Source: an uncultured Nitrososphaeraceae archaeon
GTDB taxonomy: Archaea > Thermoproteota > Nitrososphaeria > Nitrososphaerales > Nitrososphaeraceae
DNA: 64,000 bases
Assembly (NCBI GenBank): GCA_963765895.1
Contig: CAVXZB010000064.1
Location: forward strand, 74,366 to 138,365
Reading direction: 5' to 3'
Shown here: one piece after another, positions 32,781 through 43,636 of the stretch
How the letters are laid out: each line of letters opens with the position of its first letter
Position numbering within the stretch: the stretch's first letter is position 1
The notes under the pieces: generated by a model
What the model saw: only the letters and a program-made list of their open reading frames with translations
The model's database searches: none
What the model was told of the DNA's origin: nothing
Program-made: the position numbers and the translations under genes

Positions 32781-33779
32781 TCACCCAAAGACAAAGGTAT
32801 AAAAAACCAAGTTAGCTGAAGATGCAACGATTTCTATTTCATGCGTCTCTATTGCTTGAGTGTTTACTAGATTGTAGACTAGCGGATGCTTGACAGTACA
32901 TATTGATGATCCATCTTGAAGATTAACGTTCTTACCAAGTTGATTCGAATCCAGAGGCTTGCCATCTAAATAAATCCTTGTATTAGTAGCCTGTTTATTA
33001 GAGGTACCCATTATCCCATGAACTCTGGATGCCGCATTATACTTGATGACAATAGATGCCGCATCGTCTCCTTTGGTACCTGCTCTTATACCCTCTTTTT
33101 CCCAAAACCAAGGACCGCGGAGATAAACAACATTATCTATATGATCTCCCTTATCAACTGCAATATTAAGCTCATTAGGTTTCATTTTTTGCCTATTTCC
33201 AAACTTCCGAAGTCTGGAATAACCAACGCAAATTTCTGGGGCTACTCCGTCAAAATGCATACCATAAATTTCATATATTTCGTCTGGCGGATCAGATTTT
33301 TCCAAAGGCTCAGAGATGTTATTACCAGCCTCTTCCAGAAGCTCCCGCACCTGTTCTTCAAAGTCATTGATTCGACCATATCCGGCATGTTCATATCGAA
33401 CAAATCCGTTACTATCGATAAGTACATGTTTCGGCCAGTAGCTATTTCCATACGCTTCCCATGTTTTGTTTTGGCTATCCAGAGCGACAGGAATTTTATC
33501 CAAACTAAAATAAGATAGAGCATTTGCAACGTTTTCACTCGATCTGGCGAACTCATATTCTGCAGAATGAGCTTGAATCACTTTCAGTCCGTATCTGGAA
33601 TATTTTCTATTCAGGAGTTTCATCAGGGGAAGAGTGCGGAGACAAAAAATACAGGTATAAGTCCAAAAATCAAGTAGTATAACACTGCCCCTTAGCTCGC
33701 CGACTGAAAGAGGATCTGAGTTTTTCCACGATGAGATTTGTTTAAAATCTGGCGCAGGTATTGCTGGAATTAAGTCCAA
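32781..33779 (-). CDS. TlpA/DipZ-like thioredoxin with C-terminal beta-sandwich domain
   Basis: DFWTYTCIFC, HSAEYEF, YGNSYWP, GYG and terminal YTFVFG as in the DipZ C-terminal region; no CcdA membrane domain. Confidence 0.8.
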   Translation of the reverse strand: MDLIPAIPAPDFKQISSWKNSDPLSVGELRGSVILLDFWTYTCIFCLRTLPLMKLLNRKYSRYGLKVIQAHSAEYEFARSSENVANALSYFSLDKIPVALDSQNKTWEAYGNSYWPKHVLIDSNGFVRYEHAGYGRINDFEEQVRELLEEAGNNISEPLEKSDPPDEIYEIYGMHFDGVAPEICVGYSRLRKFGNRQKMKPNELNIAVDKGDHIDNVVYLRGPWFWEKEGIRAGTKGDDAASIVIKYNAASRVHGIMGTSNKQATNTRIYLDGKPLDSNQLGKNVNLQDGSSICTVKHPLVYNLVNTQAIETHEIEIVASSANLVFYTFVFG

Positions 33780-34155
33780 TATTAAATCAACTCCTCAGTA
33801 AGAAAACTATCAAAGATACTGACTTAGTTAGCACAATGAGACGAAATGTCGTAGCCATAATTCTTGATGAATCCACTATCAATAGCACCGGTATGTGTGT
33901 CTAGTATAATATCTAATTATCGGTCACTTACGTTATCCATGATTCTAATTCAAGCATTTCAATAAGTAGTACACGCAGTTCATATTCTATGCCATATTCA
34001 GACGACGATTCGTAAGCATTCAGTATGAAGACACAGGCCGATCGCGATCAGTAAACATGTAAAGGATCAAGTTTTTCCAACGCACTAGCTGTTAATCAAT
34101 CAAGCTTCCTCTAGTTAGATATAATTAGAGTGAATCGGTTCCGAATAATACTTGC

Positions 34156-35568
34156 ATGAACTATGAATTATCGATTGAAATTTTAAATAGGTTATTAACA
34201 AAGTACGACAAGACTTACTATCTTGAAGCTCGTTATCAGACAAGAAGCTTAAATGAAGTCAGCTTTAGCAATGGAGAATTAGAAAAAATTAGCACAATTG
34301 AAAACTCAGGACTTGGTATTCGCTCTCTTGTCGAGGGCTGTTGGGGATTCAGTAGCATTTATTGCACGTCAAATGACATGCTGGAGAAATGTGTGTCAAC
34401 TGCGATTGCTGCTGCGAAAGCGCTGTCGACTACCAAGAAGGTGAAAGTAAAGGGTTTGAAACCTTTACAATGTGCCACTAAGGGTATTTTTAAACCAAAC
34501 GTCAACGGTCAACTTCAAGACATAGACATAGAGAAGAAAATTAATGTAACGAGGGAAGCCGAGGCTGAGGCAAGGAAATTTTCCGAGCGTATAAAGTCGG
34601 CATATTCCAGCTACCTGGAAATAATAGATCATAAAATCATCGTAAATAATGAGGGGGCAGAGTTTGAAACCTTTGATTCTAAACCTGAATTTAGTATTAC
34701 CTGTATTGCTAATTCCGGTGGCGATCGCGTCACAGCCTCAGAAGGAAGAGGGGTTACCGGCGGATGGAATGATTTGTTTGAAATCAGTGACCATTTACAG
34801 TATGCCAGATTGGCTTCTGAAAGAGCCCTAAAATTACTTGAAGCAAAGCGAGTTTCAGGCGAAAACAGCACCGTTATACTTGACCCCGGGATGGTTGGAC
34901 TTGTCTCCCACGAGGCAATTGGGCATATGGTTGAAGCTGACTTCGTGTTATCTGGCTCAATTGTAAAGGATAAATTAGGCTCCATGATTGCAAGCGAGAA
35001 AGTAACCCTAATCGACAGCGGCCGTTCTCCTTACTCTGGAGGAGCTGCTGGGACTATGGCGGTGGATGATGAGGGAGTTTTGGCTGGTGATGTAGTTTTG
35101 ATAGAAAATGGAAAATTAAAGTCGTTTTTGCATAATAGGGAAACAGCATTTCTTTTTGATACTGAGCCTACGGGAAATGCCCGAGCCTTTGAATATACCG
35201 ATGAACCCATCATAAGAATGAGAAATACCTTTATCAAGCCAGGAAATGATAAGCTCGAAGACATCATTAAGGAAACTAAATATGGCTATTTGGTTAAAGG
35301 ACCCAGAAACGGACAGGCCGATGCAAACGGAGAGTTCATGTTCGGTGCTCAAGAAATGCATCTTATTCAAGGTGGAGAAATCACGGGCCTAAAGCGAGGA
35401 GCGACTATTTCGGGAAATGCATTTGACGTCCTAAGGTCCGTAGATATGGTAGGTAATGATTTCTCTTATGGAATTGGAACGGGATATTGTGGGAAATTTC
35501 AGATAGCAAAAGTAGATGGAGGTGGGCCACATTTACGATGCATCGCTACAGTTGGGAGTCTTGAATGA
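34156..35568 (+). CDS. tldD: TldD metalloprotease subunit
   Basis: HEAIGHMVEAD, DDEG, TGNAR, RMRNT and CGK motifs. Confidence 0.92.
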   Translation: MNYELSIEILNRLLTKYDKTYYLEARYQTRSLNEVSFSNGELEKISTIENSGLGIRSLVEGCWGFSSIYCTSNDMLEKCVSTAIAAAKALSTTKKVKVKGLKPLQCATKGIFKPNVNGQLQDIDIEKKINVTREAEAEARKFSERIKSAYSSYLEIIDHKIIVNNEGAEFETFDSKPEFSITCIANSGGDRVTASEGRGVTGGWNDLFEISDHLQYARLASERALKLLEAKRVSGENSTVILDPGMVGLVSHEAIGHMVEADFVLSGSIVKDKLGSMIASEKVTLIDSGRSPYSGGAAGTMAVDDEGVLAGDVVLIENGKLKSFLHNRETAFLFDTEPTGNARAFEYTDEPIIRMRNTFIKPGNDKLEDIIKETKYGYLVKGPRNGQADANGEFMFGAQEMHLIQGGEITGLKRGATISGNAFDVLRSVDMVGNDFSYGIGTGYCGKFQIAKVDGGGPHLRCIATVGSLE

Positions 35569-36913
35569 ATGACAACAATGCTTGATACAATTTGTGAATT
35601 TGCAGTAAAGGAAGCCGAGAGAAATGGGGCAACAGAGGCAGAGGCGTATGCGATGACAAATCGTGAATCAGAGGTGGTGATTGAGAATAACGATGTCAAA
35701 CAAGCCAAATCACACACCACGGGAGGCATTGGCATAAGAATTTTTGTAAACCATCGTTTAGGTTTCTCGTATGCCAATACGCTTACGAAAGAGAGCATCC
35801 AACGTGGCGTCATTCGCGCGCTAAAGGTTGCCTCCGCAAGTCCAGAAGATAAATTCAACGTATTGCCCTTGACTCCTCATAAGAAAATACGTGGACCCAA
35901 ACTCTTTGACGAAAACGCCGTATCATTTACTGTAATGGACTGTACTGTAGCGGCCTCTGAGATGCTCAGAGCAGCCAAATCAATCGACGGCAGGGTAAGC
36001 GTGGATAGTGGAAACTTTACAAATTCCTTTATGAATCATTCAATATACAATTCTAATGGCGTGTGCCATAATGAAATGATCACCTCATTTTTCTGGTCTA
36101 TATTGGGCATGGCTGTAGATGGAAATGAAGTTTCTAGTTTTGATATTCAGTCCGATGGCTGTCATATGCTATCTGACGTCAAAGTATCTGCTTCTGGCGA
36201 GGCACTTGCTCAAAATACGCTAAAATCCCTAGGAGCAAAGAAGGTCGAAAGCTTCAGGGGAGAAATGATACTAAGTCCTAGTGCAGTATCAGAATTACTT
36301 CATGATACTATTACTCATTCCATTAATTCGGATTCAGTGCAAAAGAAGACGAGCGCGTTTCAAGGAAAAATTGGACAGAGTGTATCTACGCATCTCTTAA
36401 CAATTGAAGATGATCCTACCGATGCAAAGAGTCTAGCAGCTGCTAGCTTTGATAGAGAAGGAGTTCCTCACGGTTTAACAAATATTATTGATCAGGGCAT
36501 TTTGAAAACTTTCTTGTATAATACTTATACTGCAGGGAAGGACAAGGTAGATAGTACCTGGAAATGCTGCCGGAGGACCAAATACACCACCTGTAGTATC
36601 GTCAACAAATCTTGTAGTTAGCCCTGGTTCAAGTGATTTGGACACTCTCATTTCCGAAGTCGACCGAGGTATTGTACTAAATAGATTTTCAGGAAATGTA
36701 AATCCGATTAACGGAGAATTTTCTGGTGTTGTAAAGGGTGGACACTATATAGTGAACGGTGAGATTAACTTTCCAGTGAGGGAGGTCATGATTGCCGGAA
36801 ATGTGTTCGATGCATTAGCTAATCTTACAGGTGTATCACGTGAACGCAAGTCATTTTCAGATTCGGTTCTGCCCCATATTCGAATAGAGAACATAGCATT
36901 CATCGGACAATAG
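35569..36913 (+). CDS. pmbA: PmbA/TldE subunit; frameshift near 36560
   Basis: GIGIRI, FDREG, STG(N), NPINGEFS and MIAGN; lacks HExxxH; follows tldD directly. Confidence 0.88.
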
Positions 36914-37092
36914 TGAATGTAGTTGTATAGAAAACCCTTACAATTTACAACCTGAATGTTGCCAATTCTAATTGTCAAATATAGCAAAGCCCGTAAGAGA
37001 AAGCATGAGTGTTCGAAAAGATTTGTTTAAACTATGCTGACTTTAAATCAAGTAATTCAAAACGAAATATACGACTGTTTCGATATTGAGAA

Positions 37093-38295
37093 TTGATGGA
37101 GAAATATGACATCGCAGTAGTAGGAGGAGGACCTGCCGGTCTCTCGGCTGCATATTCAGCAGCTACCGGTGGCGCTCGAGTAGTTTTGTTTGAAAAAGAT
37201 GCTTCTATTGCCCACAATATCAGAACAAGCGGTGTGACTTGGATAAGTAATATCGAAAGGCTAGGTATAACTAGTGACTACTATAATCCAATTAACAATT
37301 ATTCGTTCACCTCTCCTTCCAATGAGGCTATAATAAAAAGCAGTCGCCCGGAATCATGTGTATTAGACGTTCGTAAAGTCTACCAACACCTTGCTTTCGA
37401 AGCGGCCAGAGCTGGCGCCAAGATCATGGTTCGGAGCCAGGTTTTTGACATTATTAAAGACAGAGACGATAAGATATCCGGCCTCAAAATAAGGACACCG
37501 GAAGGAATTCTTAGTGTAGAAGCCAGCCTGATTATTGATGCAAGCGGTTTTAGTAGCGTGGTGGCTAAGCGTCTGGGAGTCGTGAACAGCTGGAATACCT
37601 ATGGCGTAGGTGCGGAGTATGAGTGCTATTGTGACAAAGTTGACGTAGAAACCTGGCACTTGATGGTTGGAAGCACATACTCCAATGCAGGTTATGCTTG
37701 GGTTTTTCCAGTTTCGAAAAATCGAATTAGAATAGGCGTAGGAATCGGCAAGCCATATTCTAATGAAGATCCGACGGCAAAATTACACTCGATTATGGAA
37801 AAAAGACCTAAACCATTAGATAGGATGGGACGTATCCAGCCAGTAGAATATCATTTTGGATTTATACCCAATGAAGGTATCAGACGACCAACTGTTTATG
37901 ATCACCTACTCCTCGTCGGAGACTCTGCTGGCCAGTCAAATCCTTTAGTCCTCGAAGGAATCAGATATGCCATAGAATTCGGTCGGTTAGCAGGTGTTGT
38001 GGGTGCTAGGGCCATACCCAACGGAGCCAACAAGGAATCCTTGAGAGATTACGAGATCGATTGGCGGAACAGAGTTGGATCGAAAATCAATTCAGCATTG
38101 AAAGTTCAATCCCGCTGGATGGGTTTATCAGACGATGAATGGGATAAAGAAATCGAGATTTTAAGCGATTTATCAGCTGAGGAATTTTTGGATTTTATAA
38201 GGGCAGATTTCACTACGAAAACAGTGTTTAGATTGGCAATAAGCCATCCAAAGTTGGCCGCAAGAAATCTTTTCAATATGGTACTAAAACGCTAA
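37093..38295 (+). CDS. Geranylgeranyl reductase family flavoprotein
   Basis: DIAVVGGGPAG, IIDASG, GYAWVFP and LLVGDSAGQSNPL..EGI motifs. Confidence 0.88.
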   Translation: MMEKYDIAVVGGGPAGLSAAYSAATGGARVVLFEKDASIAHNIRTSGVTWISNIERLGITSDYYNPINNYSFTSPSNEAIIKSSRPESCVLDVRKVYQHLAFEAARAGAKIMVRSQVFDIIKDRDDKISGLKIRTPEGILSVEASLIIDASGFSSVVAKRLGVVNSWNTYGVGAEYECYCDKVDVETWHLMVGSTYSNAGYAWVFPVSKNRIRIGVGIGKPYSNEDPTAKLHSIMEKRPKPLDRMGRIQPVEYHFGFIPNEGIRRPTVYDHLLLVGDSAGQSNPLVLEGIRYAIEFGRLAGVVGARAIPNGANKESLRDYEIDWRNRVGSKINSALKVQSRWMGLSDDEWDKEIEILSDLSAEEFLDFIRADFTTKTVFRLAISHPKLAARNLFNMVLKR

Positions 38296-38335
38296 AGCAA
38301 GATTTTTATATCAATCTAAATCAGCATCTGATAAC

Positions 38336-38710
38336 TTGGTTGGGGAATCGAGTACCGACTTTGCGCCTATACTATATATGTTGGGTTTTGGTTTGGTAGC
38401 CTCAGTCCCTGCTCTAATTATTTCAAAATTAATTTCTCCCAGGCGAAGATACAACCCGGTCAAATTCCTTCCGATGGAGTGTGGTCAGGTCCCAAGCGGA
38501 GAAGGCCGCACACATTTCATGATGCAGTACTATGCATACATTTTGATGTTTGTAGTATTCGATGTTATGGCGATCTTCTTGTATATCTGGGGGGTTTCAT
38601 TATTTTCCATACCCAGAGCGGCAACGCTGCCAATGATGGCCTTTCTGGGTATAATGTTTTCAGCAATGGGCTATGCATTATATCTATCGGGGAAGAAGGG
38701 AATTTGGTAG
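38336..38710 (+). CDS. nuoA: NADH:quinone oxidoreductase-like subunit A
   Basis: K..PMECG and YY.Y..MFVVFDV motifs; first gene of the operon. Confidence 0.92.
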   Translation: MVGESSTDFAPILYMLGFGLVASVPALIISKLISPRRRYNPVKFLPMECGQVPSGEGRTHFMMQYYAYILMFVVFDVMAIFLYIWGVSLFSIPRAATLPMMAFLGIMFSAMGYALYLSGKKGIW

Positions 38711-38762
38711 ATTATAAATGCCTGATAAACATTAAATATCTTGATAGTAGACGATTAGGTGA

Positions 38763-39284
38763 GTGGCCATGTTAAAGGACTTGATTAATCCTACTAACTT
38801 TAATGTATTAGTAGGTAAGCTGGGTGACGTATTGGTAAAAGCACTTGATCAGCCACTTGGCTACGCCATTAATTGGGGTAGAATTTGGTCTCTGTGGCCT
38901 GTTCATCTAGAAACCGCCTGTTGTAGTGTAGAATTTGGCGCTGCTTCTGGACCAAGATACGATGTCGAAAGGTTTGGCATTATAGAAGCTTTTGGCTCTT
39001 TACGACAATGTGATTTGGTTGTCGTTCAGGGAACTGTTACTAGAAAAATGGCACCAAGACTTAGAATGGTTTATGATCAGATGCCTGACCCCAAATACGT
39101 GATCGCTATGGGCGCCTGTGCAATTACTGGGGGTTTGTATATTGATTCATACAATGTTCTTCCTGGAGTTGATGGAATCATCCCAGTAGATGTATATGTT
39201 CCTGGCTGTCCTCCTAGACCCGAAACATTGATTCAAGGCACGATGCTGCTACAGGAAAAAATAAAAAGGTCGAAGATAGGATAA
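38763..39284 (+). CDS. nuoB: Complex I subunit B
   Basis: TACCSVE, QMPDPKYVIAMGAC and PGCPPRPE motifs. Confidence 0.95.
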   Translation: MAMLKDLINPTNFNVLVGKLGDVLVKALDQPLGYAINWGRIWSLWPVHLETACCSVEFGAASGPRYDVERFGIIEAFGSLRQCDLVVVQGTVTRKMAPRLRMVYDQMPDPKYVIAMGACAITGGLYIDSYNVLPGVDGIIPVDVYVPGCPPRPETLIQGTMLLQEKIKRSKIG

Positions 39285-39285
39285 C

Positions 39286-39855
39286 ATGAGCAATAAAGGG
39301 AATCATAGCGTAAATGATCCTAAAGCAAATTCTTCCACAAAAATTGAACCTTCTAGTGCTCAGACTGGAATAAAACAGGAGGAAGCTCTGGTCCTTGAAA
39401 AGTCAATCGTAAACAAGTTAGTATCAAAGTTTGGGGACAAGATAAAAATCGCCTACACCAAGCCGCTCAGGATAAAAGTTGAGGTTGATAGGTCCGATGT
39501 AATTGAAGTTGCTTCATTTATCAAAGAAACTTTGCTTTTCGACCATGCCGAGTCTGTAGCGGGTACGGATTATCCTAAAGGCAATTACATAGAGGTTGTG
39601 TATCATTTAGGCTCATATACCAGAGACGAATTGGCCGCGCACGTGCTAGCTCTGGCAACTCGTACAAGCAGGGAAGATTCATCTCTTCCCTCATTGATAA
39701 ATATTTACAAAAGTGTTGAATACCACGAGCGCGAAACATTCGAAATGCTTGGAGTCTATTTTGAAGGGCATCCTAGAAATGATCGCTTCCTCCTGCCGGA
39801 GGACTGGGCAGACATTCCCCCTATGAGAAAGGAGTTCAGGATAAAAGGAAGGTGA
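39286..39855 (+). CDS. nuoC: Complex I subunit C
   Basis: ERETFEMLGVYFEGHP and PMRKEF motifs. Confidence 0.92.
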   Translation: MSNKGNHSVNDPKANSSTKIEPSSAQTGIKQEEALVLEKSIVNKLVSKFGDKIKIAYTKPLRIKVEVDRSDVIEVASFIKETLLFDHAESVAGTDYPKGNYIEVVYHLGSYTRDELAAHVLALATRTSREDSSLPSLINIYKSVEYHERETFEMLGVYFEGHPRNDRFLLPEDWADIPPMRKEFRIKGR

Positions 39856-39856
39856 A

Positions 39857-41029
39857 GTGATGTCTACTGAATTTAGTAACGAAACATTGGAAAAGGATTC
39901 GAGTAATACTGGTCTTCAGATAATAAAAGAATCTGAAGAAGACCGTCTAATGACATTAAGCGTAGGCCCACAACATCCAGGTTCAGGACACTTTAGATTT
40001 ACGGTTAAGGTTGATGGTGATTACATAGTTCATTGCGATCCAGACCCTGGATATGTACATCGAGGAGAAGAAAAGATGTGTGAATACCGCAACTTTATTC
40101 AGAATATTCCTCACCTCGAACGACCGGTTATACACGATTCTAACAACATAACTTATTCATATAGTCTGGCTGTTGAGGAGTTAACAAAGATCCAGGTTCC
40201 TAGAAGGGGCCAATTTATCAGAGCTATAGCTTCAGAACTGAATCGCCAAGTATATACATTGTATTGGCTGGCAATATACGGTATTTTCTTGGGTCATTCG
40301 ACAATGTTCATGTGGCCCACCGGTGATCGAGAGCTCTTTATTGATCTATTGGAGATGTTAACTGGTGCCCGAGTTACTCATGCGTTTAACATCCCTGGCG
40401 GAGTAAGAAATGACATGCCAGTTGGTTTTCCAGAAAAATGTCTCAGAAATATCTCTTACTTTGAAAAAAGATTGGTAGAGTACGAGAATATCTTTTATAA
40501 TAACCCTTTGATGAGACAGAGAACCGAAAGTGTAGGATTACTCACAAAGGAAGACGCGATAAAATTGGGTGTTACTGGTTCTGTGCTAAGAGCGTCGAAC
40601 ACTCCTTATGATATTCGGAAGGCAGAACCATATGATGTTTATAATGAAATTGACTTTAAAGTCCAATATATGAAAAGCTCTGATTGCTTTGCCAGAGCAT
40701 ACGTCCCGCTCTTGGATATGAGGGAGTCGTGTTATATCATGAGACAATTATTGGATAAGATCCCACAATCCGGCGAAGTTCGGGCAAAGCTGCAACCTAA
40801 TCCAAAGGGTCCTGCTGGTGAAGCTTATAGGAGGGTAGAGTCTGGTAGAGGTGCATTGGGATATTACATTATCAGCGATGGTACTCCAAAACCGTACCGG
40901 GTGAAGATTTCGGTAGGCTCGTTTCGTAATATGCTGGCACTGCCGCATTTGCTTGTGGGAGCAAAATTAGCCGATATGCCTTCTATCTATTGGGCACTAA
41001 ATTACTGGCCTGTGGAGGCTGACAGATAG
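39857..41029 (+). CDS. nuoD: Complex I subunit D
   Basis: GPQHP, GYVHRGEEK, TGAR, PGGV, ESGRG and terminal EADR. Confidence 0.95.
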   Translation: MMSTEFSNETLEKDSSNTGLQIIKESEEDRLMTLSVGPQHPGSGHFRFTVKVDGDYIVHCDPDPGYVHRGEEKMCEYRNFIQNIPHLERPVIHDSNNITYSYSLAVEELTKIQVPRRGQFIRAIASELNRQVYTLYWLAIYGIFLGHSTMFMWPTGDRELFIDLLEMLTGARVTHAFNIPGGVRNDMPVGFPEKCLRNISYFEKRLVEYENIFYNNPLMRQRTESVGLLTKEDAIKLGVTGSVLRASNTPYDIRKAEPYDVYNEIDFKVQYMKSSDCFARAYVPLLDMRESCYIMRQLLDKIPQSGEVRAKLQPNPKGPAGEAYRRVESGRGALGYYIISDGTPKPYRVKISVGSFRNMLALPHLLVGAKLADMPSIYWALNYWPVEADR

Positions 41030-41034
41030 TAGCC

Positions 41035-42339
41035 ATGGCATCAAGAGGGTCAAGAATTGTTGAATTTCGGTTTGGAAATTTTGTCGCTAGTCTAATTTGG
41101 TTAATACTAATTGTCCTCGTTATAGTAGCACTTGCCGCACTTCCGCTTATTTTTATCGTATTATTTTATGCTCCTCTTCCACCAATCAATGGCCAAGTCC
41201 TAACCCCATATCTCTTCTTGTCCATGATGGTGGATCCGACAAGAACTCTGCCGGTTCTAAAGTTCATAATGCATACAGAGTTATTTAGAGTAGCAGTATT
41301 TCCAGGGTTCAGCTTTGCAGCAATATTTGCAGCTGTTACCATATTTGTAGAACGAAAGTTTCTGGCCAAGATGCAGCTGCGAGTAGGGCCCTTATACGCA
41401 GGCAAGATAGAGGGAATCCTACAATTAATTGCGGATGGTTTAAAGTTGATTTCCAAGGAAATAATAATTCCCTCCGGCGCCGACAAGCCGATCTTTTGGG
41501 CCGCACCCATTGCCTTTGTTGCCGCTTCTGCGGCTGTAACCTCATTAATACCTGTAGCGCCAGGCTGGGTCGTTTCGAACACAGACGTGGGCCTTTTGGC
41601 CGCATTTGCCATTCTAGGTTTCTTCCCATTGATTGCTCTGCTCTTCTCTTGGGCTAGTAACAGCAAGTACCCATTCATCGGCGGCTTGCGTGCGCTTCAT
41701 CAGATGATAGCTTTTGAAATACCTTTCATACTGTCTGCATTGTCTGTTGTTATCCTCGCGGGTTCTCTGAATTTAACGAATATTGCAGCTGCTCAGACGC
41801 CATATTGGTATATCTTCTTTTTGCCAATAAGCGCTTTTGTATTCTACATCTCTTCTCTTGCGGAGTTGGAAAGAATTCCTTTCGACCTGCCTGAAGCAGA
41901 AAGTGAAATAGTAGCAGGCTGGCTGACTGAAACATCAGGGATGATATATGGTCTACTTCAACTGGGAACTTATATCAAATTGTATGCCTTGGCTGCCCTT
42001 TTTGTCACTCTATTTCTTGGAGGTTGGGCTGGTCCACAGATCTTTCCTCAAGTGCTTGGTCCTCCAGGTCCACAAAGCCCATTGATCCAATTACTTACAC
42101 TTAGACCTATATACAATCCCGTCATTGTTAATGATGTCTTTTGGTTCTCGATCAAGACATTTGGAATTATAATGCTCATGTTGTTACCAAGAGGAATAAA
42201 TCCGAGAATCAGGATTGACATACTGTTACATACAGGCTGGTACAAGCTGATTGTGTTGTCATTCATAAATATGTTTATAGCCCTCGCTTTAGTTTATGGA
42301 GGAGTGTTTGGTCCAGGGGGAGTGTTGACACCACATTGA
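41035..42339 (+). CDS. nuoH: Complex I subunit H
   Basis: ERKFLAKMQLRVGP, ADGLKLISKE, PFDLPEAESE and PRIRID motifs. Confidence 0.95.
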   Translation: MASRGSRIVEFRFGNFVASLIWLILIVLVIVALAALPLIFIVLFYAPLPPINGQVLTPYLFLSMMVDPTRTLPVLKFIMHTELFRVAVFPGFSFAAIFAAVTIFVERKFLAKMQLRVGPLYAGKIEGILQLIADGLKLISKEIIIPSGADKPIFWAAPIAFVAASAAVTSLIPVAPGWVVSNTDVGLLAAFAILGFFPLIALLFSWASNSKYPFIGGLRALHQMIAFEIPFILSALSVVILAGSLNLTNIAAAQTPYWYIFFLPISAFVFYISSLAELERIPFDLPEAESEIVAGWLTETSGMIYGLLQLGTYIKLYALAALFVTLFLGGWAGPQIFPQVLGPPGPQSPLIQLLTLRPIYNPVIVNDVFWFSIKTFGIIMLMLLPRGINPRIRIDILLHTGWYKLIVLSFINMFIALALVYGGVFGPGGVLTPH

Positions 42340-42833
42340 CAGCCGCTGGTGCTTTTATTAAGGCAATAGAATCTGGCTCAAAACATCTTATAATAAAGAG
42401 ATTTACATTGCGCTATCCTGAAAAGAAGCTCAAATTCGTAGGTGATGGCTATCAGTTTGATCCCAAACGTGGCGTTGGTATAGCCGGATACCGCGGGAGA
42501 CATATTCTGTTCCACGACAAGTGTACTGGTTGTCAATTATGTGCAATAGCGTGCGAGGGCATAGCGGAAGCGATAGGGATGGTTAAAGTAGATGAAAAAT
42601 GGAAACACAACAAGAAATCTATCATGCCTCAAATAGACTTTGGCAAGTGTGTCTTCTGCGGTCTATGCGTTGACGCTTGTCCGTTCTACGCACTGTACAT
42701 GACTGATGATTATGAATTATCAGCCTTTACAAAAGAACACCTAATTTATACTCCTGCGCAACTTGCGGTTAAACCAAAGTATGATGGTAGCGTCGAGCTA
42801 AAGATCGATGATAGAGGGGCGACGCATGGCTGA
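42336..42833 (+). CDS. nuoI: Complex I subunit I
   Basis: Two 4Fe-4S motifs, CTGCQLCAIAC and CVFCGLCVDACP. Confidence 0.93.
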   Translation: MTAAGAFIKAIESGSKHLIIKRFTLRYPEKKLKFVGDGYQFDPKRGVGIAGYRGRHILFHDKCTGCQLCAIACEGIAEAIGMVKVDEKWKHNKKSIMPQIDFGKCVFCGLCVDACPFYALYMTDDYELSAFTKEHLIYTPAQLAVKPKYDGSVELKIDDRGATHG

Positions 42834-43350
42834 TCCGATATTTATTGCAACTGCCGTCCTAACAATCGGTGCAGCAATTGTTGCCTTGGAATCAAGAGAA
42901 TTAATCTATGGAGGTATAGCTTTAGCCATCTCGATGCTGGGTGTAGCAGGATTCTTTTTGCTCTTGGATTCTCCTTTTGTAGCAATGTTTCAGATCACAG
43001 TTTATGTCGGGGCAGTCGCTGTACTTGTAATTTTCACTGTAATGCTCGTACGAACTCAAGAATTGTTCTCTAAAAGAGAAGACAGAGGCCGAAAAGGTGC
43101 TGGAATAGTTCTCTTGATAATATTGATGGCTAGCTTGGGAGCAATATTCATCTTTTCTGGAATCAATAACCCTAACGTGATGAAAATTCAGGGGTCGGGA
43201 ATTAACTTCACCGCTATAGGGAAACAGATGCTCACATATTATTCTCCTGCACTCATAGTACTGGGATTGGTACTAGCAGCTGCAATAATAGGAGCATTGA
43301 CATTGGCTCGCAGGGAGGACCTAGAACAACGACATGAACGAACTGATTGA
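42826..43350 (+). CDS. nuoJ: Complex I subunit J
   Basis: QITVYVGAVAVL motif; hydrophobic; operon position. Confidence 0.92.
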   Translation: MADPIFIATAVLTIGAAIVALESRELIYGGIALAISMLGVAGFFLLLDSPFVAMFQITVYVGAVAVLVIFTVMLVRTQELFSKREDRGRKGAGIVLLIILMASLGAIFIFSGINNPNVMKIQGSGINFTAIGKQMLTYYSPALIVLGLVLAAAIIGALTLARREDLEQRHERTD

Positions 43351-43636
43351 TTACATTATCGCAAGTACTATCCTGGTTGCTATCGGGATATATGGATTAG
43401 TGGTAAAGAGAAATGCAATACGTATGATATTTGCCATCGAAATAATTGCAAACGCGGCAAATATAAACCTGGTCGCTTTTTCAAGAAGCGTTAATAATGC
43501 GCAGGGACAACTTTTTGCGTTATTCTCAATCGCAATTGCGGCAGCTGAAGTGGCAGTTGGCCTTGGTATTATTATTATTGCCTACAGGCTGTACAAGGAG
43601 ATCGACGTTGAGGAATTTAGGAGTATGAAGGGCTAG
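43334..43636 (+). CDS. nuoK: Complex I subunit K
   Basis: RNAIR..AIEII and AAAEVAVGL motifs. Confidence 0.93.
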   Translation: MNELIDYIIASTILVAIGIYGLVVKRNAIRMIFAIEIIANAANINLVAFSRSVNNAQGQLFALFSIAIAAAEVAVGLGIIIIAYRLYKEIDVEEFRSMKG